DNA from: Nemertoderma westbladi
Taxonomy: Eukaryota > Animalia > Xenacoelomorpha
NCBI GenBank assembly: GCA_032718475.1
Contig: JAUCBJ010007603.1
Span: forward strand, 1 to 32,009
DNA length: 32,009 nt
Reading direction: 5' to 3'
Below the pieces are notes generated by a model, which did not search any database, was not told the origin of the DNA, and saw nothing but the letters and a program-made list of their open reading frames with translations. Below are positions 9,038 through 18,402 of this stretch, one piece after another; position 1 is the first letter of the stretch, and every line of letters begins with the position of its first letter. The position numbers and the translations under genes are program-made.

Positions 9038-12000
9038 ATGTCTGATACTAAGCAGAACCTGTCAGACAGTTTATTAGATGTAACTATCTGCGACTCAGAT
9101 AGAGGCGTAGAACCTTCTAGTCGTAAGTTCAGTTCACCTCCCACTGTGAGGAAAGTCATCCCTCCAGTAGTAATAAAAGAACCTAGGCTGGTCCAACATC
9201 GTAGGTCTATCATAGGCACTCGAGCTCAGGTCAAACGGGACCAAGAAGCAGCGGAACAGCAACAACCCGCGAGACAAGAACTTACTTCTCAACGGCCCAA
9301 CAGCTCCAGTAGTGAGGATACTGTAGAGCTGACACCCGAGCGCGGAGCAAGGATGACGGATGTGGTTTATTCGGATCCCCTTCTCATCCTTCCTGCAGCC
9401 GTACTCACTAGGTTATTGATCGCTGTGGAAGAACACCAGATCGATTGGGCGAGAAGCCAGCGTTCAACTAGAGATAGTTATGCTGGATACACAAGGGAAG
9501 AACTGAAGTCCATGGTCGAGTCGCAATGGAACTTCCCCGGACCCGGACTCCCGTTTGATTTATCAGAAGCTGCCTGGGAAGACATACACCGGATGGGAGT
9601 AGCCAAGGAAACCATCGATCCAGCTGTGTGGAAGAGGTCCGCAGCCGGATACGCACAGGGATTCTTCAGCTCTATAGAGCGATTAAAAGAACAACTGTTT
9701 CAACAACCTCAAGGACCTCAAGAGCAGGGATTGCTGCTTTATCAAGTTAGAGAAAGAATTCTACGAATCAGGCTAATCTTATCAGCCTTTGAGGAGGCTT
9801 CTAAACGAAGACAAGACACGTCGTTGCAAGTTGCCGTAAAGACTTGGTTTCAACGGGTGAGTCTCCAGGTTCAAGGAACAGCTCAGTGGAAAGCTCAGCT
9901 GGAGGAGCGATCAACCCATGGAGAATCAACAGACGCTACTTTTTCCCAAGTGGAAAGTGAAGCGACGGCAGAGAAACCGCATAAGAGGGATGCCATTGAC
10001 ATTTATCTGTCAGACTATCAACGTTTTTTAGGTGATGACGAGTTGAGGAGAAGGTTAGAGGGACTTAGCCCTAATAGTGAAGGAACCAAGCTTGTGTTGG
10101 ATGCCATCGATGTGGAAATGAGGGCTGCGAATCAGGCTAAATTTGATGAACAACTCCGCATCACACGAGTCCAGGAAGAACAAGTAAAGAAAAAACGTAT
10201 AGAAGACAGAAAGGCAGCGGCAGTAGCAGCAGCAGTGGCAGCTGCAGAAGCAGAAACAAAAGCGGCAGCGGCAGTGGCAGCGGCAGAGGCAAAAGCGGCA
10301 GTAGCAGCAGCAAAGGCAGCGGCCGAAGCAGAAACAAAAGCGGCAGCGGCAGAGACAAAAGCGGCAGTAGCGGCAGCAGAGGCGGCGGCCGAAGCGGAAA
10401 GAAAAGCGGCGGAGGCAGTGGCAGAAGCCGAACGGAGAGCGACTGAAGAAACCACCCAATTAGAATTGGAAAACATTCAGGAGAATCAAGACTGCATAAA
10501 TAAACAGTTAACAGCTAGTAATATGCAGATGATGAATCGATCTACTCCCAAAAGACAGGGATATACATCATCTGAAGAAGGCGATACCACCGATACTGAA
10601 GGCAAAGGAAATAGATCTCGTCTAAGCAGACGTAAAAGAACATTCCACCGTCAGAAATTGCCTGATTTGCCTCCAGCTGTTAGAAGGCAACTAAATAACA
10701 CCAACTTAGGTAGTACAGAGCCCACAGACCAAATAATTAAAATAGAAAGACTCCCTACTATAGTAGATGAGCCTGAAGTAATTAGGCCTGTTCTTGAAAT
10801 CACCCCTTCGGTGATAGACACACCTGTGCTCCCTGAAGCTACCTCTAAATTCCCTCTGCATAGCACTAAGCTACCTGTGCCCAGTAGAACTGCCCAGGAG
10901 ACAGTTCAAGTCCTGGACCCCGAGCGAAATATTCATGATTTGTCGCCCGTTGTCCCTCGTCCGCCCGCTACAACGTTGGCGACTCCCGCTTCGGCGGTCG
11001 AATGGGTGGACGAGAGACGGCGGGGGATGGATCTCCTGCTCGGGCAGATGCAGGAGACTGTCCAGCAATTCAAGGGCACAGTAAGGGAAAGTAGGCTAGA
11101 GTTGCAAGAAGTGCAGCAAAGTATCGCGCTAGAACGCGATAAATTAGTAAATACTCAAAGGGGTATACCACCACCCTCTGTAACAATGTGTCAACCTGTT
11201 AGGTCTGAAGTATCGCATGCGCAAGGTGTGGAGCCTACACGCATCTATACTGCTAGCGAAGTAGAAACTCCTATAGTGAACCCTATTAAGGGTAATTATA
11301 GACCTGTTGATAATGATATTCCATATAGAACTGATCATAATCCGAGAAATTTATATACCGATAACTCGATATTAAATAACACGATGGCCCAAGAAAGTTT
11401 TACGCGTCAAATGGCTAGAACCGAAGCCCGGCAAGCGGTGAAGGTGGGAGAGATCGTCAAGTTCAATGGAGATGAGATGAAATGGTTACCTTTTGATGAA
11501 TATTACAAAGATAACATACAGAACTCTGTACTATCTAATGGAGAGAAACTTAGATTCCTCATCGAGTGCTTGGAAGGATCTCCCAAGTTAATGGCGTTAA
11601 AGTTTATTGGACATCCAGACGGATTAAGACAAGTTTGGGACACACTAAACATCAGGTATGGTAATAGGACTAACATAGCTAGGTATTTATATGCGAAATT
11701 AATGGCGCCCCGAAAGTTTCTTAGCAGCGGGATTATAGAGTTTTCCGATGAGATTCAGGAGATCTGTAGACAACTAGATTGGTTAGGTAAGTCTCATGAA
11801 TACCAGAATTCTATGGTTGTAGGAGCCTTAGCATCTACTTTGCCCAAGGGTGGAGTAGGTACACGCTGGGACAAGAATGTGTTATATATGATGGAACAAC
11901 AACGACGAGACCCTACCATGACTGATCTCATGTCATTCTTAGATAGAGAAGTGAAATTACAGCTCCTAAGGCAGTCCAGAGAGAAGACATTGGAAAACAA

Positions 12001-14035
12001 GGTAAGTGAGAAACCCGTTTCTAGGAGAAGGGTAACACCAGTATGTTATACCGACGACGGTGAAAGCCAAACTTCTCAAGGAGAGGACAGCGGGAAAGAC
12101 ACTGACAGATCTTATTATGTCAATAAAATGCCTAAAGATCAGGTAAGTAAATCCGAGTCTCGACCCAATGACAGAAGGGAACCGGTACAAAAAACCCTTC
12201 CTACGTCTCCTAAAAGAATTCAGGTGAGAAAGCCCGAGGAAAGAACAAGTGTGCACCACATAGCACAGGTTAAAGTAAGTAACATCAAGCCGAAATGTGT
12301 GCTGTGCGACGGGCCCCACCGTTTAAATGCGTGTGATAAATTCCTGAGGAAATCACTAAAGGATAGACGTGAAGTCATGTGGGATAAGCGGTTGTGTTAT
12401 AATTGCCTCAGACGAGGACACCAACGGCGAACCTGTTACTCCGACGCAAGGTGTGCAAAGTGCGGCGCAAAACATCATATCTTGTTGCACACGGAATTCG
12501 AACGAAACAGCCCGAGTCAGGTAAGTGAGTCCGAACTACATGTCCAATTCAGTGATGTGAACAACACTGATCAATCTGAGATGGAAGGATTCTATACGGA
12601 CGAGTTCTCCGACGAAAACGAATCCTGTTACTTAATAAACACCACCGCAGTGTATCGAGCACTCGTGCATGAGAAAGACACAGACAGCGACCTTACCTTA
12701 ACTACTTCCGATCAACAACCATCTTGGAAAGCGCCAACTTCCAATATAGGAATCCGAGAATTTCCTGTAGTCCAGTTACGGGTCCACGGACCTCAGAAGA
12801 GCTATATAGTGAACGCCCTCCTGAACTCCGGTAGCACAGGAACATTCATCGATAAAGAACTAGCCGAAGACATCTTTGCTGGACAACCCAAGTTCCGAAC
12901 CAAGCTAAACATGTCAGGGATCATGCAGGTTTGGAAATCTGCTGTGGCTGCCGACTATTATATAGGTGAGTTGTCCACTCCACAGGATAAACTAGGAGAA
13001 CACAGTATAAGGTCAGTCAAAATGGTGGCAATAAAGAACTTCGCTACTACTCAAGCAGACCTTTATAATTGGGACGAGGATGAGAGCATCCAACATCTTA
13101 AGATACCTCGATTCCAGACTGATTATCCTGGAGTGCAAATACTCATCGGCCAAAACGCGCATGAGGCGCTGGAGACATTAGAGAAACGACCTACTCAACC
13201 GCAACCACTTCAGACCTATGCGGTAAGAACTAGAGTAGGTTGGTACCTTACTGGACCTTCCCGTAGAATGCTCAGGGAAAGACTGCTTCAAGATCGCGTC
13301 TGCCAGGTGAGTGAATGGGAAGACGATACTAGTGAGGGAGACGACCCAACTGAGGGAACACCACACTCCTCAGATAATGACAATCTTAACTCCAATGTAG
13401 ATCAATGGAGATATTGCCCCAAGACGATGAATACAGCCGACATCGCTTCCAGAGGAGCAACTCCTCAAGAACTGACAGATACTACAGACCGGTTAGGTGA
13501 ACCCGACTTCCTGAGTAAGGAGGATGAATGGCCTCCCCATCTTACTCCGATTGAGATTAGACCAGCCAAGGGAGCGGAGAAAGTCAAACCAAAAACCCGG
13601 ATGGGTGGAGCGGAGTTATTTGAACCCGGGATAGATCTGTCGGTATTACATATTGCCAGGGACGACGCCGTGGATCTGGACCTCCCCACCGCGAGTGGAT
13701 CCTTCATGAAGATCAGAGAGAGCGATTGGAGCTCTGGAACATCAGACGTCTCGCAGGGACTCTCACCTCTCCTGCAGGGAGCGACGGACCACTATAGCTC
13801 CTGGAATCGGCTTTGTAAGGCCGTCGTGTACCTAGAGCGATGTTTCTATCGTCACTATTCCAGGACGAAGAGGAAACCTGGAATTGTATTCGGGATGCAG
13901 CGACTCAATCACCCAGTCGGTCGTTTGTGTTTACCGGAAGGGAATAGAGGACTCTCCGGAAACTGTGGAAGGCAAGATTCTCTTCCCACGACCACCTCCC
14001 TAATCCTTCAAACATCTAGGGACTCCATAACGTAA
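9038..14035 (+). CDS. BEL/Pao Gag-protease polyprotein lacking RT and integrase (1665 aa)
   Basis: DUF1759-like KFNGDEMKWLPF..EKLRFLIECLEG..LNIRYGN; knuckles CVLCDGPHRLNAC, CYNCLRRGHQRRTC, CAKCGAKHHILLH; protease-like ALLNSGSTGTFI..ILIG..RTRVGW; post-RNase H motifs QWRYC..NTADIASRG..PDFL..EWPP and YSSWNRL; no YxDD or integrase motifs seen. Confidence 0.93.
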   Translation: MSDTKQNLSDSLLDVTICDSDRGVEPSSRKFSSPPTVRKVIPPVVIKEPRLVQHRRSIIGTRAQVKRDQEAAEQQQPARQELTSQRPNSSSSEDTVELTPERGARMTDVVYSDPLLILPAAVLTRLLIAVEEHQIDWARSQRSTRDSYAGYTREELKSMVESQWNFPGPGLPFDLSEAAWEDIHRMGVAKETIDPAVWKRSAAGYAQGFFSSIERLKEQLFQQPQGPQEQGLLLYQVRERILRIRLILSAFEEASKRRQDTSLQVAVKTWFQRVSLQVQGTAQWKAQLEERSTHGESTDATFSQVESEATAEKPHKRDAIDIYLSDYQRFLGDDELRRRLEGLSPNSEGTKLVLDAIDVEMRAANQAKFDEQLRITRVQEEQVKKKRIEDRKAAAVAAAVAAAEAETKAAAAVAAAEAKAAVAAAKAAAEAETKAAAAETKAAVAAAEAAAEAERKAAEAVAEAERRATEETTQLELENIQENQDCINKQLTASNMQMMNRSTPKRQGYTSSEEGDTTDTEGKGNRSRLSRRKRTFHRQKLPDLPPAVRRQLNNTNLGSTEPTDQIIKIERLPTIVDEPEVIRPVLEITPSVIDTPVLPEATSKFPLHSTKLPVPSRTAQETVQVLDPERNIHDLSPVVPRPPATTLATPASAVEWVDERRRGMDLLLGQMQETVQQFKGTVRESRLELQEVQQSIALERDKLVNTQRGIPPPSVTMCQPVRSEVSHAQGVEPTRIYTASEVETPIVNPIKGNYRPVDNDIPYRTDHNPRNLYTDNSILNNTMAQESFTRQMARTEARQAVKVGEIVKFNGDEMKWLPFDEYYKDNIQNSVLSNGEKLRFLIECLEGSPKLMALKFIGHPDGLRQVWDTLNIRYGNRTNIARYLYAKLMAPRKFLSSGIIEFSDEIQEICRQLDWLGKSHEYQNSMVVGALASTLPKGGVGTRWDKNVLYMMEQQRRDPTMTDLMSFLDREVKLQLLRQSREKTLENKVSEKPVSRRRVTPVCYTDDGESQTSQGEDSGKDTDRSYYVNKMPKDQVSKSESRPNDRREPVQKTLPTSPKRIQVRKPEERTSVHHIAQVKVSNIKPKCVLCDGPHRLNACDKFLRKSLKDRREVMWDKRLCYNCLRRGHQRRTCYSDARCAKCGAKHHILLHTEFERNSPSQVSESELHVQFSDVNNTDQSEMEGFYTDEFSDENESCYLINTTAVYRALVHEKDTDSDLTLTTSDQQPSWKAPTSNIGIREFPVVQLRVHGPQKSYIVNALLNSGSTGTFIDKELAEDIFAGQPKFRTKLNMSGIMQVWKSAVAADYYIGELSTPQDKLGEHSIRSVKMVAIKNFATTQADLYNWDEDESIQHLKIPRFQTDYPGVQILIGQNAHEALETLEKRPTQPQPLQTYAVRTRVGWYLTGPSRRMLRERLLQDRVCQVSEWEDDTSEGDDPTEGTPHSSDNDNLNSNVDQWRYCPKTMNTADIASRGATPQELTDTTDRLGEPDFLSKEDEWPPHLTPIEIRPAKGAEKVKPKTRMGGAELFEPGIDLSVLHIARDDAVDLDLPTASGSFMKIRESDWSSGTSDVSQGLSPLLQGATDHYSSWNRLCKAVVYLERCFYRHYSRTKRKPGIVFGMQRLNHPVGRLCLPEGNRGLSGNCGRQDSLPTTTSLILQTSRDSIT

Positions 14036-14559
14036 CAACATATGGAGTGGGTGTGTGACTCTATTATTTTATATTATTTTATTATTTTTATATTTCTGTA
14101 TGTATTACTATGTAATTTTATTATAATCGTTTTCTTTAATTTTATTCAGTAGAATGTTATTTTAGCGATTATTTAGTAGATTAGTGCAATATATATTCGC
14201 GTTTATTACTTAATTACGTATATATTATATTTAATGCGACGGCAAGAAATAATTCTTTTCCTCTTTCCTTACTGTCCGTATCATATTATAAATACGTGAC
14301 TACAGTAAGATGAAATGTCCGTACTTATTAAAGTACAATAAAGCCACTACTATATTCAAGTATTATTGGTAGGCAGAGTATTAGGAATGCAAAGTTCAGA
14401 TCCTCGTGTCTCGGCTAAACCAAGCTCTGGGTAGACCTTGGAAACGACTTGCCTCTTCACACTGACATTGCTTCGTGCGATATTGCTCTCATACCGTATA
14501 TTAAATAATACATATAGTAGCGTGATGTCCCTTTAACAGTAGCGTATAACGCAAAATAA

Positions 14560-14880
14560 ATCTGTTAAACCCTTTGACCATCTGTAATTCTAGTCGATTA
14601 AGATATCGCGGCACCCACCGATATACTTGAAAGACAAATTCTAGAATCAGTGGTTAACGTCCCCAGACAAGTTCTGGAATAAATCGGTGCCCATCTCAAA
14701 TATTAATTATTTAATATTTGCAAATCTAATAAATCAAAATCTGTAAAATTCAGATCCTTCAACAATTCTAGTCAATTAAGATATCGTAGCATTTACCGAT
14801 ATTCTTAAAAAAGACAATTGTCATAGAATTAAGGATCTTGTGTCCCTAGACATGTTCTAGAATCAAAATATGTCCATTTA
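14560..14880 (+). repeat. Diverged ~178-bp tandem duplication, each copy with a hairpin
   Basis: AATTCTAGTCRATTAAGATATCG..CCGATAT..AAAGACAA at 14586 and 14764, each followed by GTCCCYAGACAWGTTCTRGAAT. Confidence 0.8.
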
Positions 14881-15159
14881 ATTATCAAATAATAAAATTT
14901 CAGGGAATAAATTTAAATTCATGCCTTTTAATGAATTTAATAAATTGCCATTTTTACACAATTTATAAAGTTCCCAAAATTCCATTAATTAATAGATCAA
15001 GGGAGCGGAGATTTATCTTATCATGCGTATGAGTGTGTGAAAGTCTCCCAAACATAGTCAATAGCCGATAAAATTCATAAAGTCATGTATAAAACAGAAC
15101 ATTGACTATTAAAGAATACTATTAAATAACATCCCAGATCTGTATGCATTGGAATTACC

Positions 15160-15260
15160 CTAATTCTACCGCTAGCTTTGCATAATGTCACCATAGCAAC
15201 AACCACGCTAGAATTAGAATTGAGTTAAAAGAACAATAGAAAGCTTGTCCCATTGAATAG
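15160..15260 (+). promoter_or_regulatory. Candidate internal enhancer or promoter (POU-like, RFX X-box and Sox motifs)
   Basis: TTTGCATAAT 15177-15186, GTCACCATAGCAAC 15187-15200 (matches X-box GTNRCC-N0-3-RGYAAC), AACAAT 15232-15237. Confidence 0.4.
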
Positions 15261-17094
15261 CATAGGGAATAAATAGCGCACTACTAGTATCCAAGGATAC
15301 ATAATAATACAGTGACATTCCGGAAGGCATTGACTAACGGACAAATGGCCCGAATGTGTGTAATTTGTGACAAGTTGTGTGTGTGGTATTTGTGAGTTTA
15401 TAGGTGAATGTTACTGCTAAGGTGTGTTTACAGTAGCTAGTCGCAATCGTAAAAGTAACCTAACTCTCCAAGGAAAACCTGAAGTACATCTAAGCCTTTG
15501 GGACGGACAGTCGAGTGACTTGTGCCGGTTGTCGTTGTCGTTGTGCGGCTACGTCGTTGGCGAAAGTACAGCGGCGACGACACATCGGCGCTGAGGATCT
15601 CGTACTGTCCGGGGGTTGATTGGGGTAGGCAGCGACGCCCGCTCGCCTAAATATAAACTCATTATAATATGGATAAACTCATATATAGCAGATATGACGG
15701 AGTTGATAGAAGATGGTCTTGGTATCGGGGAGCGATATACTCTACTTTTACAAGCGTTTGTTGATAGCTTAATACGCGGCGACGTTAGTCCAACTGCTGC
15801 GGAGGACGATGGTCGTTATATCGAACCGCCAATGTCCCAAGAGCAGCTCGCGCGAGTTGGACTATAGAAAATTCGCTGCTCGATATACGCAGCGTAATGG
15901 TACGTATATGGGCTTCTTAACTACTGATCATCCTATCGATTTACACAATACGGACTATGTCGACTATATATCCTGCCCAGCGGAGTCGGAACCATAAACT
16001 GAAATTCGAATGCGAAAATTCTATTCGAAATCGGCTCGAAAGAAAAGACATTAAAGAAACAAATAAACGCGGTAACTCCAACATATATTTGGAATTCTTG
16101 ATAGAAGCATTGTAACAACAAATAAATATCATCCGCGTTTCCCCTACCAGACGTGCGTCTTTGGTATGTATTATTACGGTAAATGCCCTAGACCCAGCCA
16201 ATAAATGGAAAGACATAAACATCCACGGAAACGTTGTGTTAAACACAGTTGTGTTCGTTATATTTACTGGAGTTTCGAGCGAAACTTGTTTGACGTATCA
16301 CCTATGCTCACTCGGCTCTAACGATCCTAGAGTAAACCTACGATCAGAGTCCCGGAATACTCGGTCAAACCTCCTCATTCCTTAGTTGGACCTCAGACCT
16401 GCGATCCTGGTGGTGTCGCGGATCCTCGCGGACGGTATTCACTGTTCAAGATCTAGTGCTACCCTAACAATTAATCGGTAACACTCCGACAGTGATTTCT
16501 AGCTAGCCGCCCATCTTACCTAGCCGGATTATGACGCAGACACCTAATATCACTATCCAACCGTATGGTCGTCCCGTTTAACGCGATACAACCCTTCATC
16601 AAGGTGAAGGAGAGCGTTGTACGAAACGAGTTAAACGCTATTCTATAAAGATCAAAAAAGAAACCTGCGTTTGTTCAGATAAACGTAAGTTATAACAGTA
16701 AGTCCAATCGATAAACAAATTGGCCTTATCTCAGTTCGATTGGGAAACCTCGAATCTCAAAGAAGATATCAAGCTTAGAAAACCCTATTCTCTGCGAGAG
16801 TTTTGGACGAACGTATCCCATGACAAGCGGAGGAAAATCAGCTCGAGGAGAAGCATATCGAAATGGACGAGACACCGACCGTAAACCCAAACCTTTTAAT
16901 GCAATCATATTATACCCTTCACCCAGGAGTTATGGCCCTCCTAGTAAAGTGGCTTCCCCCAAAGAGAAAATGACTCTTGCTAGCTTTAAAAAACTGCGTA
17001 AACGCCGTCCGCGCAAGAAAGACTAACTGTTTAGAGTATTTATGTATATTAGAAATTGTGATTTTGTATATTTTATAGACTTAAATCCCATTTT

Positions 17095-17104
17095 CTGGGA
17101 GCGG
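17095..17104 (+). promoter_or_regulatory. Polypurine-tract-like plus-strand primer site
   Basis: T-run then CTGGGAGCGG directly abutting the 3' LTR TG. Confidence 0.65.
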
Positions 17105-18268
17105 TGTAAAAGCTTTTGTGGGATAACTGATTCGTTCGCCTTGCTAACCGGTTCCCCCCCAGTCGCTGAATACTCTAAAAGGGGATCTATAACTCGAATA
17201 GCGCAAGCTACCAGCTTATTGGCTGATTTGCTGTACGCAGGTATCTGGGCTCTGTTTAATCGGCCAACCAGCCTAGGAAGGTTGCGTCATAGCCTTGTTT
17301 TTGTATCTCCCAATAGAATTTGAGTTAGCCTTGATTTTGACCTATCACAGAGCTACTGAACTGAAATTTTCCTATCTCACTGCTCTTTCTCTGTGTTGAA
17401 CGGGAGCTTCGTGGAATAAGGGTAGTTGGTATCCTCGTATAGAGTAGTAGTCACGAGTTTTTCAAAGCCACGAAAGAACGGCTTTGTAGTGTTTTGTGCT
17501 TTCTGCTTTTTAGCTCAACACTAGTAGGTTTAATTATAGGGACATATATCCTTTAACTTGAATATCTCACTGCTAAAAATTACCTGCTCAATCAATACTG
17601 TATACTGCTATTTGTTGTCGGTTATTCATTATATTGGTTGATGAATTATTATATTGGAATAACGAGAAATAACCCCGAAAACCCAATATTCTTGATATAC
17701 CGAAGGTAAGAGAGAAAGGTTACCTATAACGATTGTGACTTATGTTAAAGTGGTTTGAAGTGAATCTAATGTTATTTGATAGACCCTACATGAGTCAGTC
17801 TGTGTTCCTTTTATATGTGACTAAAATCAGTGAAGATTGGCAGATTAGTGTGCAGTATTGTGCAGCATTGTGTATGAGTGAGTCTGTTAAAGAAGCAATT
17901 CCTAAAGAATGCGCCATATATGTGAATTATAATTAAGCCATATCGTTGTGAGTAGTTTAAGTCATAACTCTGTTTATATAGATAAAGCGCCACGTCCTAA
18001 AGGAACTGTTAATATTCCCGAAGGTGAATAATATTGTCAGAGATTATATAATACTGTCAGTCGAATAATACATTAGGCTTACATAGCAATAAAATTAAGC
18101 CGTCGAACCCAATCTCCCGGGAATATCCAGCGGGTGAATGATCGCGCACAGATTGGTTTCGACTAGTGTAGTGAATCAAATACTTGTCATAGGCTAAAAG
18201 GCGATTTAATATCTAGAAGACATCTTAATTTGGCGGGTTAAACTGCCAAAGGTCTGAAAGCGCGAACA
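17105..18268 (+). repeat. 3' LTR (1164 bp)
   Basis: Copy of 5629-6794; by eye it differs by a 2-bp indel (~6193) and one substitution (T6523 / C17997). Confidence 0.97.
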
Positions 18269-18402
18269 TCGTTATTTGCAAAGGCGTCATTGAAAGGATT
18301 CCAAATTTGTAAATAACTATTAATGTTGTTGAGAAATAGCTGAGATATAGGTGTTCAAATTATTAGTACTTAGTAAGTTAACTAGAGTCAACTTTTACGT
18401 CA

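Larger units (their letters stand above)
5629..18268 (+). mobile_element. BEL/Pao LTR retrotransposon, complete non-autonomous insertion (12,640 bp)
   Basis: Two TG...CA LTRs, 5-bp TSD TCGTT at 5624-5628 and 18269-18273, BEL-type Gag with three zinc knuckles. Confidence 0.96.

Noticed and set aside
10055-10476. Cys/Arg-, Ala- and Leu/Pro-rich antisense ORFs
   Set aside because: Reverse-frame readings of the GCR-rich Ala repeat in gag
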